NCBI RefSeq assembly: GCF_963921235.1
Contig: NC_086098.1
Coordinates: forward strand, 8,370,001 to 8,434,000
From: Mobula hypostoma
Lineage: Eukaryota
Length of the DNA: 64,000 nt
Direction: 5' to 3'
Of the stretch, positions 1 through 12,008 are shown piece by piece. The stretch's first letter is position 1; each line of letters starts with the position of its first letter. The notes below the pieces were generated by a model. That model ran no database searches and was not told the DNA's origin. It saw nothing but the letters and a program-made list of their open reading frames with translations. The position numbers were made by a program, and so were the translations under genes.

Positions 1-334
1 TTCCAACTCGAGAATCAATAGTAGACACTCCTCCACCAATAAGATACAGAGAGAATGAGAGATCAGTTCGCTGTGTACAGAGAAGTCTGACAGCTGATCC
101 GCTGTTCTCAATATTCCGTTTTCTCCCACGATATTTCATTCGGTAGCACCAGCTTAGAATCTGCTCATCCCCAAGGCCGCAAAACCTTGGAACCCTGATA
201 TCCCAAAAAACAGCTGGTTTGTGAGTTCTGGGAGCATGTCCCTTTGCTGCAAAGAACCAAAATTTGAATTCCTTACTAAACAACATTATAAGTGGTTCCT
301 TCACTAGACAAATGGCAATGTTACATACAGTCAA

Positions 335-1190
335 AGAGTCATAGAAAAGTACAACACAGAAATAGGCCCTTCGACCCATCCAGTCCATGCTGAACCGTTT
401 AAACTGCCTACTCCCATAGAACTGCAATAGAACCATAACCTTCCATTCCCCAACCACCCATGTACCTATCCAAACTTCTCTTAAACGTTGAAATCAAAGC
501 TCACATGCACCACTTGTGTCGGCAGTTCATTCCGCACTCTCGTGACCTTCTACGTTAAGAAATTTCCCCTCATTTTCTCCTTAAACTTTTCACCTTTCAC
601 CCTTAACCTGTGACTTCTGGTTGTAGTCGCATCCACACTCGGTGAAAAAAGCCTGCTTGCATTTACCCTATCTATACCCCTCATAATTTTGTACACCTCT
701 CCATTCTCCTCTCAGTCTTCTACATTCCAAGGAATGAAGTCTTAACCTATTCAATTATTTCCTAATAACTCAGGTTCTCCAGACCAGCTAAATCCTTGAA
801 ATTTTTTTCTGTACTCTTTCAACCTTGCAGAAAGAAGAGTTCCTCCATTTTGTTTGAATGGTGCCAAAGGTGGGCAATCAATGGTAGACCATACAACAGT
901 AAGACATTGGAGCATGATTTAGCCATTTGACCCATCAAGTCTGCTCCGCCATTCCATTGTGGCTGAGTTATTATTCCTCTCAAACCTATTCTCCTGCCTT
1001 CTCCCCATAAACTTTGACGCCCTTATTAATCAAGAACCTATCAACCTCCACTTTAAATATACACTTGTGACTTGGCCTCCACAGTCATCTGTGGCAATGA
1101 ATTCCACAGATTCACCATCCTCTGGCTAATGAAATTCAATCTCATCTCTGTTCTTCATGGACGTCCCTCTATTCTGAGGCTGTGCCCATG
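335..1190 (-). mobile_element. Two adjacent decayed CR1 LINE 3' fragments
   Basis: Reverse complement matches the ORF2 C-terminus and 3' UTR of the intact CR1 at 45500-45900 (LYSLE..R, RGH..K motifs); boundaries approximate. Confidence 0.75.
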
Positions 1191-1509
1191 TGACCCTCTG
1201 TAATTCCCTTATGCCACTGTGATACTGATACATCTAATATTAGCATCTCCCCCTCAAGCTGCAGAGTGAATTCTATCACATTATGATCACTTTCTCCTGA
1301 GGGTTTCTTTACCATAAGCTCCTTAATCAGACTCATACACAAGCTGCTCTAAAAAAACCATCGCATATGCATTCTACAAGTTCCTTTTCTTGAGAAGACA
1401 GTCTAACAGTGGCCATACCCTGTGAAAATTAAATACCAATGATGTTCCACAAGTTTTTACTGTATACTCTGACTGAAACAGAAATACACCTGGAACTACC
1501 TGGAGTAGA

Positions 1510-1795
1510 AAAGAGACCATGGATTTGTTCCTTGGAAGGTTTCCAGGGCGCAGGCCTGGGCAAGGTTGTATGGAAGACCAGCAGTTGCCCATGCTGCAAG
1601 TCTCCCCTCTCCACAGCACTGATATTGTCCAAGGGAAGGGCATTAGCGACCACAGCTTGGCACCGGTGTCGTCGCAGAGCAATGTGTGGTTAAGTGCCTT
1701 GCTCAAGGACACAACATATTGCCTCTGCCAAGGCTCGAACTAGCGACCTTCAGATCGCTAGATGAACGCCTTAACCACTTGGCCACGTGCCAACA
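1510..1795 (-). mobile_element. tRNA-headed SINE with CORE-like middle and RTE-type tail (copy 1, tail truncated)
   Basis: Minus strand has A box TGGCCAAGTGG, B box AGTTCGAGCC and GTGTCCTTGAGCAAGGCACTTAA; homologous to 17464-17760 and 58836-59142. Confidence 0.8.
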
Positions 1796-1872
1796 TGTGG
1801 CCAAGAGAACATAATAAATAAAGCAGCATTTGTGGAAAGAGGCGCTAGTTCAGGTTTCAACTCAGGAAACCT

Positions 1873-2310
1873 TCAAGTTCAAGTTCAAGTTAAATGTCAT
1901 TCAACCATGCACATGTTTACAGCCAAAAGAAATAACATTCCTCTGGACCGAGATGCACAACACAGTACATATAACTCACACACAAGGCAAAGGCAATATT
2001 CCCACAAATAAATTAACAAATAATAAAGTGCATTTATGACACAAGTTAAAAAGTAACCTGTATAACACTACTGGGGCTCCATACATAATGAGACCTGGGT
2101 GGTGGCAGGGAGTTCAGTAGTCTTATGGCCTGGGAGAAGAAACTGTTTTCAATCCTAACAGTCCTTGCCCTAATTCTATGGTATCTCCTGCAGGATGGTA
2201 GGGGGTCAAAGAGATTGTTGAATGGATAGGGGGGAACATTGACAATGCTAAAAGCACTGTGTACTCAGCGCAACTGATAAATATCTTGGATGGTTGGAAA
2301 AGAGACCCCA
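1873..2310 (-). mobile_element. Rex1/Babar LINE 3' fragment
   Basis: (AACTTG)n-type tail at 1873-1890 and decayed similarity to the Rex ORF C-terminus (ORF 2123..2311). Confidence 0.55.
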
Positions 2311-2380
2311 ACGATACCTGGAAATTTCTACAGATAGATATGGCTGTATTACCTTCTGCTGGCGCATACTGGATTTAAAA

Positions 2381-2422
2381 TTCTTCATCTTCATCTTCAT
2401 CTTCATCTTCATCTTCATCTTC
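2381..2422. repeat. (ATCTTC)6 hexamer microsatellite plus one TTCTTC
   Basis: Read directly from sequence. Confidence 0.95.
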
Positions 2423-2914
2423 TCTCTAAGCAGGGACATCAATCTGCTATCCATTAAAATCTGCGAAAGGAACTTATCCAAGTAAAAACAACTCTTAAAG
2501 TTCCAATAAATTGCAACATATCTTAGTGCTGAATTTATTCTCTACTAATCCACTGTATCTAGAAAAGAAGAATTGTGCAGCCCACAGAAAACTTCTGATG
2601 TTGTCAACCAACCTATACATCTTGAGTAATTCCAACTAGGATACATCACAGAGCAGATAGAACACAATTTTTTGATGCATTGACATAGAAATGCTTTTAA
2701 AATAACAATATTGAACCACATGGGAAAATGATATGAACTTGGCTATGATACAGAAAGGAGATTGAGTGCACAAAAACAGGCCCTTCTCCCCACTAGTCCA
2801 TGACAAAACTATTTAAGCAGCCTACTCTTATCAATCTGACTGGGACCAAAGACCTTCATATCCCTACCATCCATGTACCTGACCCAACTTCTCTTCAATG
2901 CTTCTCTTCTCGAT

Positions 2915-3987
2915 GGAAGAAGCCAGAGAGTGCTGGTAGAGAATTGCTTCTCTGAGTGGAGGCCTGTGACTAGTGGTGTGCCACAGGGATCAGTGCTGGG
3001 TCCATTGTTATTTGTCATCTATATCAATGATCTGGATGACAATGTGGTAAATTGGATCAGCAAGTTTGCTGATGATACAAAGATTGGAGGTGTAGTAGAC
3101 AGTGAGGAAGGTTTTCAGAGCCTGCAGAGGGACTTGGACCAGCTGGAAAAATGGGCTAAAAAATGGCAGATGGAGTTTAATACTGACAAGTGTGAGGTAT
3201 TGCACGTTGGAAGGACAAACCAAGGTAGAACATACAGGGTTAATGGTAAGGCACTGAGGAGTGCAGTGGAACAGAGGGATCTGAGAATATAGATACAAAA
3301 TTCCCTAAAAGTGGCGTCACAGGTAGATAGGGTCGTAAAGAGAGCGTTTGGTACATTGGTCTTTATTAATCAAAGTATTGAGTATAAGAGCTGGAAAGTT
3401 ATGATGAGGTTGTATAAGGCATTGGTGAGGCCGAATCTGGAGTATTGTGTTCAGTTTTGGTCACCAAATTACAGGAAGGATATAAATAAGGTTGAAAGAG
3501 TGCAGAGAAGGTTTACAAGGATGTTGCCGGGACTTGAGAAACTCAGTTACAGAGAAAGGTTGAATAGGTTGGGACTTTATTCCCTGGAGCGTAGAAGAAT
3601 GAGGGGAGATTTGATATAGGTATATAAAATTATGATGGGTATAGACAGAGTGAATGCAAGCAGGCTTTTTCCACTGAGGCAAGGGGAGAAAAAAACTAGA
3701 GGACATGGGTTTAGGGTGAGGGGGGAAAAGTTTAAAGGGAACATTGGAGGGGCTTCTTCACACAGAGAGTGGTGGGAGTATGGAATGAGCTGCCAGACGA
3801 GGTGGTAAATGCGGGTTCTTTTTTAACATTTAAGAATAAATTGGACAGATACATGGATGGGAGGTGTATGGAGGGATATGGTCCATGTGCAGGTCAGTGG
3901 GACTAGGCAGAAAATGGTTCGGCACAGCCAAGAAGGGCCAAAAGGCCTGTTTCTGTGCTGTAGTTTCTATGGTTTCTATGGTTTCAA
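2915..3987 (+). mobile_element. 5'-truncated CR1 LINE (RT C-terminal part, premature stops) with TTCTATGGT-type tail
   Basis: ORFs 2873..3292 (GVPQGSVLGP, KFADD) and 3311..3619 (RPNLEYCVQFWSP); tandem tail at 3964-3985. Confidence 0.92.
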
Positions 3988-3997
3988 TGTTGAAATA

Positions 3998-6440
3998 AGA
4001 CCATAAGATATAGGAGCAGAATTGGGCCATTGGACCCATCGAGTTTGCTTCACCTCATCTCCGATCTCAAAGAACACCTCTCTATTCTGAGGCTCTGTCC
4101 TCTGGTCTTAGACTCGCCCACCATAGGAAACATCCTCCCCACATCCACTCTACCTGAGAAATGTACGATAATGCACTTTGGTAAAATTAACAATAGTGCA
4201 GACTATTACCTAATAGGGAGACGTTTCCAATATCAGAGTGCAAAAGGACTTAGGAGTCCTCGTGCAAGACTCCCAGAAGGTTAGTTTATATATTGAGACT
4301 GTGGTAAAGAAGGCAAATGCAATGTTGGCATTTATTTCAAGTGGAATAGAATATAAAAGCAAGGAGATAATGCTGAGCCTTTATAAGACACTAGTTAGGC
4401 TGCACTTGGAGTATTATCAACAGTTTTGGGCACCATATCTCAGAAAGGATATGTTATCATTGAAGACAGTCCAGAGGAGTTTCACGAGGATAATTCTAGG
4501 AATGAAGGGGTTAACAAATGAGGAGCGTTTGGCAGCTTTGGGCCTGTACTCACTGGAATTTAGAAGAACGTGGAGGGATCTCATTGAAACCTACCAAATG
4601 TTGAAAGGACTAGATAAGGTAGATGTGGAGATGATGTTTCCTATGGTAGGGGATTCAGACGTAGAGGGCACAGCCTCGGAACTGAGGGGTGACCCTTTAG
4701 AATAGAGATAAGTAGGAACTCCTGTAGCCAGAGAGTAGTAAATGTGTGGAATGCTCTGCCACAGACTGCGGTAGATGTCAAGTCCATGCTTATATTTAAG
4801 GTAGAAACTGATCGTTTCCTGATCAGTCAGAGCATCAAAGGATACAGCGAGAAAGCAGGTGTATTGGGTTTGAGTGGATCTGGGATCAGCTATGTTGGAA
4901 TGGTGGAGCAGATCTGATGGGCTGAATGGCTTAATTCTGCAATAATTGTCTTATGTGTGGCACCTTGTTAAAGGCTCCCTGAAACTCCAAGTACGCAACC
5001 TATTCTCCTTTGTCTGTCTTCAAAGAATTCCAACAGATTTGTGTGGCAAGATTTTCCCTTCAGGAAACCATGCTGACTACAGCCTATTTTATTGTGTACC
5101 TCCAAGTATCTTGAGACCTCAACAATCAATTCCAAAATATTCCCAATCACTAAGGTCAGACTAACTGGCCTGTCCTTTCTTCTGCCTCTCTCCCTTCTTG
5201 AAGAGTGGAGGGACTTTTGCAATTTTCCAATCTTCCGGATCCATTCCTCAATCTAGTGATTATTGAAAGATCATTACAAATGCCCCATAATCTCTTCAGC
5301 CATATCTTTCAGAATTCTGGGGTATACACCATTTGGTCTGGGTGACTTAGAACCTTCTCTCTAGTTACGGTAACTTCACACACTTCATGCCCCCTGACGC
5401 CTGGAGCTTGCACCATACTGTTAGTGTCTTCCACAGTGCAGACTGAGGCAAAATACTTATTCATTTCAACCACCATTTCATTGTACCCCATTACTACCTC
5501 TCCAGCATCATTTTCCAGTGGTCCGATATCCACTGTCACCTCTCTTTTACACTTTTTGTATCTGAAGAAACTATTGGTACCCTCTTTAATATTATTGGCT
5601 AGCTTATTTTTGTATTCCATTTTTACCTTCTTAATGACTTTTTTAGTTGCCTTCTGTTGGTTCTTAAAAGTTTCCCAATCCACTAACTTCCCACTAGTTT
5701 TTGCTTCATTCTATTCCTTCTCTCTGGTTTTGATTTCTCTTGTTAGTCACGGTTATGTTATCATTCCTTTAGAAACTTCTTTTTCTTTGGGATATATATA
5801 TCCTGTGGCTTCCGAATTGCTTCCAGAAATTTCAGCCATTCCTGCTCAGTTGTCATCCCTGCCAGTGTTCTTTTCCAATCAATTCTGGCCAAATCCTCAC
5901 TCCACTTTACTCCACTGTAATCTTGATACATCTGACTTCAGCTTCTCCTTCTCAAATTTCAGGGTGAATTCGATCATATTATGTTCACTTACTCGAAGTC
6001 TACCTTAAACTCTCTAATTAATTCTGTATCAATGCGCAACATTCAATCCAGAATAGTTGATCTTCAAGTGGGTTCAGTCATGAGCTGTTCTAAAAAGACA
6101 TCTTGTAGGGGTTCTAGAAATTCCCCCTCATGCAATCCAACACCAACTTGATTTTACCAATCTACCTGAATATTGAAATCCCCCATGACTATTGTAACAT
6201 TGACCTTTTGGCATACATTTTCTACCTCCTGTTGTAATTTGTAGGCCACATCCTTACTACTGTTTGGGGATCTGTATACAACTCCCTTCATGATCTTTTT
6301 ACCCTTGCAGTTCCTTAGCTCTATCCACAGTGATTCAACACCTTCCAACCCTATGTCACCTCTTTCTAATGATTTGATTTAATTTTTTACCAACAGAGCA
6401 ATGCCACCCCCTCTGCCTTCCTGCCTGTCCTTTCAATTGA
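3998..6440. mobile_element. Cluster of decayed CR1 fragments: 3998-4153 (-), 4155-4955 (+), 4958-6440 (-, endonuclease to RT N-terminus)
   Basis: ORFs 4238..4705(+), 4968..5222(-), 5309..5683(-) and 6154..6348(-) all align to the CR1 ORF2 at 42810. Confidence 0.85.
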
Positions 6441-6679
6441 GGTTGCATCACCACTTGTGCTGGCAGTTCATTCCACACTCTCACAACCCTCTGAGTGAAG
6501 GAGTTTCCCCTTAAGTTATCCTAAAACTTCTCACCTCTCACCTTTAACAATGACCTCTGGTTGTAGTCCCACCCAACCTCAGTGCAGAAAGCCTGCTTGC
6601 ATTTACCTTATCTATACCCCTCATAATTTTGTATACCTCTGTCAAATCTCCTCTCAATTTTCTATGATTTAAGGAATGC

Positions 6680-8580
6680 CTAGACCTAGACAACACAAAC
6701 TCCTATGTCAGGATGCTGCTCATTGACTATAACTCAGCATTTAATACCGTCATTCCCACAATCTTGATTGAGAAGTTGCAGAACCTGGGCCTCTGTACCT
6801 CCCTCTGCAAGTGGATCCTCGATTTCCTAACCGGAAGACCACAGTCTGTGCAGATTGGTGATAACATCTCCTCCTCACTGGTGATCAACACTGGCGCACC
6901 TCAGGGGTGTGTGCTTAGCCCACTGTTCTACTCTCGATATGCACATGCCTGTGTGGCTAGGCATAGTTCAAATACCATCTATAAATTTGCTGACAATACA
7001 ACCATTGTTGGTAGAATCTCAGGTGGTGACGAGAGGGCATACAGGAGTGAGATATGCCAACTAGTGGAGTGGTGCCACAGCAACAACTTGTCACTCAACG
7101 TCAGTAAGACGAAAGAGCTGATTGTGGACTTCAGGAAGGGTAAGATGAAGGAACACATACCAATCCTCATAGAGGGATCAGAAGTGGAGAGAGTGAGCAG
7201 CTTCAAGTTCTTCGGTGTCAAGATCTCTGAGGATCTAACCTCGTCCCAACATATCGATGTAGTTATAGAGAAGGCAAGGCAGTGGCTATACCTTATTAGG
7301 AGTTTGAAGAGATTTGGCATGTCAACAAATACACTCAAAAGCTTCTATAGCAGTACTGTGGAGAGCATTCTGACAGGCTGCATCACTGGCTGGTATGGAA
7401 GAGCTACTGCACAGGACCGAAAGAATCTGCAGAAGGTTGTAAATCTAGTCAGCTCCATCTTGGGCACTAGTCTACAAAGTGCCCAGGACATCTTTAGGGA
7501 GCGGTGTCTCAGAAAGTCACCCAGCACCCAGGGCATGCCCTTTTCTCACTGTTACCATTGGGTAGGAGGTACAGAAGCCTGAAGGCACACACTCAGCCAT
7601 TCAAGAACAGCTTCCTCCCCTCTGCCATCCAATTCCTAAATGGACATTGAATCCTTGGGCACGACCTCGCTTTTTTTTAATATATGGTATTTCTGTTTAT
7701 GCACATTTTTTTTAAACTATGCAATATACGTAATTGATTTACTTGTTTATTTAGATTTAGATTAGATTGTGAGGACATTCAGTCCTCATTTATTGTCATT
7801 TAGAAATGCATGCATTAAGAAACGATACAATGTTCCTCCAGAGTGATATCACAAAAAAAACAGGACAAACCAAAGACTTACACTGACAAGACCACGTAAT
7901 TATAACATATAGATACAGCAGTGCAAAGCAATACCATAATCTGATAAAGAGCAGACCATGGGCACGGTAAAAAAAAGTCTCAAAGTTCCGATCAACTCTT
8001 GATAGTCCCCGATAGCAGGCGGCAAAAGGGAGAAACTCTCCCTGCCATAAACCTCCAGGCACCGACAACTGCCGATGCATTGGAAGCAAACAACCACAGC
8101 CAACTCTGAGTCCGTCTGAAAACTTCGAGCCTCCAACCAGCTCGCCGACACTGAGCATTGAGCACCATCTCTGCCGAGCGCTTCAACCCCATCCCGGCCG
8201 CCGAGCAGCAAGCAAAGCCAAGGACTCGGGGCTTTCTCCTCCGGAGATTCTGGATCACACAGTAGCAGCGGAAGCGAAAAAGGCATTTCAGAAGTTTCAC
8301 CAGATGTTCCTCCGTGCTCTCACGTCTGTCTCCATCAAATCAGGATTGTGCACGGCAGCCTACTTGACAGATAAAAGATATCATTCACCGGAGTGGCTGC
8401 TGTGCGCTGCGTCACGCTCCCATCTTCTCCTCCTCCCTCCTCCATTTATTATGTTTTATTTTATTTTTTTCTCTCTCTCTCTGCTATATTATGTATTGCA
8501 TTGAACTGCTGCTGCTAAGTGAACAAATTCCACATCACATGCCAGTAATAATAAACCTGATTCTGATTCTCATTCTGAAT
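6680..8580 (+). mobile_element. 5'-truncated Rex1/Babar LINE with (GATTCT)n tail, interrupted by an insertion at 7751-8443
   Basis: ORF 6713..7582 with [21 protein letters not shown] and KFADN (degenerate FADD); 3' UTR resumes after 8443 and ends AATAAACCTGATTCTGATTCT. Confidence 0.88.
7751..8443 (-). mobile_element. Non-autonomous retroposon, YY1-head/(ATCTA)n-tail family, copy A
   Basis: Full-length homology to 9656-10333 and 38720-39355; no shared coding frame seen; 3' hairpin GAGGAC-N5-GTCCTC. Confidence 0.85.
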
Positions 8581-9029
8581 GCAGTTCTAATCTATTCAAT
8601 CTTCCCTTATTACTCAGGTCATCCAGACCCAGCGACATCCTTGTAAATTTTCTCAGCATGCTTTCAACCTTGTTTACATCTTTCCTGTAGGTTGGTGACC
8701 AAAACTGCACACAAATTAGGCCTCACCATCATCTTACACAACTTCAACATAACATCCTGCCTTCTGTACTCGATACTTTAATTTATGATGCCAATGTGCC
8801 AAAAGCTTGCTTTAGAGCCCTATCTACCAGTGTCGCCACTTACAACGAATTATGGACCTCTATTCCCAGATCCTTGTCTTCTACCACGCTCCTCAGTGCC
8901 CTACTATGCACTATGTAAGAACTACCCTGGCTGGTCCTACTGACGTGCAAAACCTTGCACAGACAGAAGTAGAAAAAGCTGTTTTTTTTTTTAATTGGAG
9001 GGGTGTGTGGTCACATAGCACTACATAGA

Positions 9030-9600
9030 GCTGTGTTTGACCAGAGCTCAAATGCCATTGATAAATTTGCTGATGAGACAACCATTGTTGGCAGAATCTC
9101 AGATTCTGAGATGGTGTGCAGGAGTGAGATACATCAGTTGATTGAGTGGTGCCGTAACACAACAGTAATAAGACCAAAGAACTGCTTATGGACTTCAGGA
9201 AGGGGAAGTTGGGAGAACGCACTTCAGTCCTCAGCAAGTGATCAGCAGTGGAAAGGGTGAGCAGCTTCAACTTCCTGGGTGTTTTTCAGAAGATCTATCC
9301 TGAGCCCAACATATTGACCTGTTACAAAGAAGGCACACTAGTGGTTATATTTCATTAGGAGTTTGAGAAGTTCTGATATGTCAGCAAAGATTCTAACCAA
9401 TTTCTACAGATGTGCCATGAGGAGCTTTCTGACCAGTTGCAACACCATCTGGTGTGGGGGATCCAATGCACCGGATTGGAAAAAGCTGCAGAGGGTCGTA
9501 AACTGAGCCGAATTCTTCTCAGGCCCTAGCCTCTGCACCAACGAGGACGTATTCAAAAGGGTGCGGCATCTATCATTAAGGATTCCCATCATCCAGGACA
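9030..9600 (+). mobile_element. Decayed Rex1/Babar RT fragment
   Basis: SSNAIDKFADETTIVGRI in ORF 9003..9260; colinear with 6713..7582. Confidence 0.8.
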
Positions 9601-9655
9601 GTTAGTAAATTGTGGGCATGCTATGTTGGCGCTGAAAGAACTCTTTTCTAGTTAT

Positions 9656-10333
9656 GGAGGAAGAGAAGATGGCGGCTCGAAAGCAGCGCGCGCGGCCTCT
9701 CCGGTGAATGATATCTGTAATCTGTCAAGAAGGGGACTGTGCACAATTCTGATTTGATGGAGACGGACATGAGAGTACGGAGGAACACCTGGAAAACTTC
9801 TGAAATGCCCACTTTGTAACCGGAATCTCCAGAGCAGAAGGCCCCGAATCCTCGGCTTTGCTTGTTTCAGTGGCCGGGGCGAGGTCGAAGGCGCTCGGCA
9901 GAGGGTGGCACTCAGGAGACTGTATTGGAGGGGCTGGTCGGAGGCTCAAAGTTTTCGGACGGACGGACTCAGGGTCAGCTGTGGTTGGCTGCTTCCAAGG
10001 CACTGGCAGTTGTCGGTGCCTGGAGGTTTATGGCAAAGAGTTTTTCCCTTTTGCTGCCGCTATCGGGGACTCGGGAGTCAATCGACTCGGGGACTTTGAG
10101 ACTTTTTTTTACCGTGCCCATGGTTTGTTCTTCATCAAATTATGGTATTGCCTTGCACTGCTGTAACTATATGTTATAATTATGTGGTTCTGTCGGTGTT
10201 AGTCTTTGGTTTGTCCTGTTTTCTGTGATATCACTCCGGAGAAACATTGTATCATTTCTTAATGCATGTATGCACTTCTAAATGACAATAAAAGAGGACT
10301 GAGTGTTCTCATAATCTAATCTAATCTAAATCT
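9656..10333 (+). mobile_element. Non-autonomous retroposon, YY1-head/(ATCTA)n-tail family, copy B
   Basis: AAGATGGCGGC at 9666-9676; AATGACAATAAA, hairpin at 10294-10310, then ATCTA repeats. Confidence 0.85.
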
Positions 10334-10734
10334 GGTGATTATTGGGGGCTAGGTCCAGCATATCCTCAAATTGTGTTGGTCATTAATGCAAAAAATTGCA
10401 TTTCATTGTATGTTTTGATGTTTAGATGAAAGTATGATAAATAGTTTTCTTTAATCTCTTTTTTAATATATATTGCACTGTACCACTGCTGCAAAACAAC
10501 ATATTTCAGGACATAGGTCAGTGATAATAAACTTGATCCTGATTCTGACCGACATTGGTACTAAGACCATTGCTCTTTCAGACAATCTGTCTGAAAGAGC
10601 AATCTGTATCAGTGGCCTGGCCCAGGTACCTCCTTTAGCTAATACTGCGGCCAATGAGTACTGTATATGCTCATTGACTTCTGCTGCTCTACCCCATACA
10701 CTACAAGGTTTATTTGTTGGTTTATTTATTGAGA

Positions 10735-10980
10735 TGTAGCACAAGATAGGCCCTTTTGACTCTTCGAGCCATGCCACTCAGCATCTCCTGACTTAACCAC
10801 AGCCTAATCACGGGGCAATTTACAATGACCAATTAACCTACCCACTAGTATGTCTTTGGACTGTCGGAGGAGACCCTGGGGTTCACGGGGAGAACGTACA
10901 AATTTCTTACAGACAACAGCAGGATTTGGACTCAGGTTGCTGGTACCGTAAAGCGTTGTGCTGACTATTATGCTGCCGTG
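10735..10980 (-). mobile_element. tRNA-derived SINE (V/HE1-like body, CR1-type tail)
   Basis: Minus strand has a degenerate tRNA head then TTTGTACGTTCTCCCCGTG...GGTTAATTGGTCATTGTAAATTGCCC; related fragments near 25310-25420, 38195-38282 and 55555-55625. Confidence 0.6.
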
Positions 10981-10982
10981 AC

Positions 10983-11388
10983 ATTTTGTACATTCAGAGA
11001 AGATCGCCTTGAACCAGTCTTGCCATTCTCCCCTGACCTCTCTCATTAAAAAGGCATTTTCACCCGCAGAACTGCTGCTCAGTGGATGTTGCTATGCTCT
11101 TCACACCACTCTCTGTAAACTTCAGAGACTGTCATGCATCAAAATCCCAGGAGATCAGCAGTTTCCCAGCTGCCCAAAGCACACCATCTAGCAGCAGCAA
11201 TCATTTCACAGTCAAAATGGGGATGACATTTCTTCCCCATTCTGTTGTTTGGTCTGAACAACATCTGGACCTCTTGACCACATCTGCATGTTTTTATCCA
11301 TTAAGTTACTGCTACATGATTGGGTGATTAGGTATTTGCATTAACGAGCAGGTGTACAGGTGTAGCTAATAAAGTGGTCACTGAGTGC
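10983..11388 (-). mobile_element. Tc1/mariner-derived non-autonomous DNA transposon (partial)
   Basis: Terminal AATAAAGTGGTCACTGAGTG; internal homology to 36374-36985 and 60918-61471. Confidence 0.7.
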
Positions 11389-12008
11389 ATATTAATAGTC
11401 TGTAGCAGGATATATAGAGCACATTCCATGTTTGCAGAAGACACAAAGCTTGAAACTGTAATTTGAAAGATAATAGCAGACACCACAAGACAACAGAGAC
11501 AGGGTGAGTCAATGGGTAGATTCACACCAGATGTAATTTAATATAGAAGTGAATGAAGCAGTGTTTCACAATGGACACGAGGAGATAGACAGTGACAGGG
11601 AAACAAAAGGATTCACATTCACATATGTTTCAAGGTAACATATAAAATTAATGAAGATGTTGCATAAAGGTTGGTTTTCCTGATCAACGAAGGAGATACA
11701 CCGACAGTACTGTGCTAAATTCTTAGGCACCCTTGATTTTTTATCTGGTTTCAGATGGTATGTCCTCCACAGAGTCCTGGTCTCGATACCATCGAGGATG
11801 TCTGGGATTATCTGGAGAGACAGAAGCAAACAAGACAGCCAAAGTCATACAAAAGAACTGTGGCAAGTTCTCTAAGATGCTTGGCACAACCTAACAGCTG
11901 ATTTTCTTATAAAATTGCATGGCAGTTTCTAATGCAGTTTTAAAGACAAGGGGTAGTCACACCAAATATTGATTTGATTCAGTTTTTTACTGTTTACTGT
12001 ATTTATAG

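Noticed and set aside
1439..1743. Recurring small ORF (GLGKVAWKxSSCPCCKSPLST, also 17518 and 58814) as a small-protein family
   Set aside because: It lies antisense within SINE copies, and start and stop positions differ between copies.
5424..6008. Hydrophobic antisense ORFs (also 26030..26602, 43148..43651, 44723..45127, 63043..63783) as membrane proteins
   Set aside because: They are reverse-strand shadows of purine-rich CR1 ORF2 sequence.
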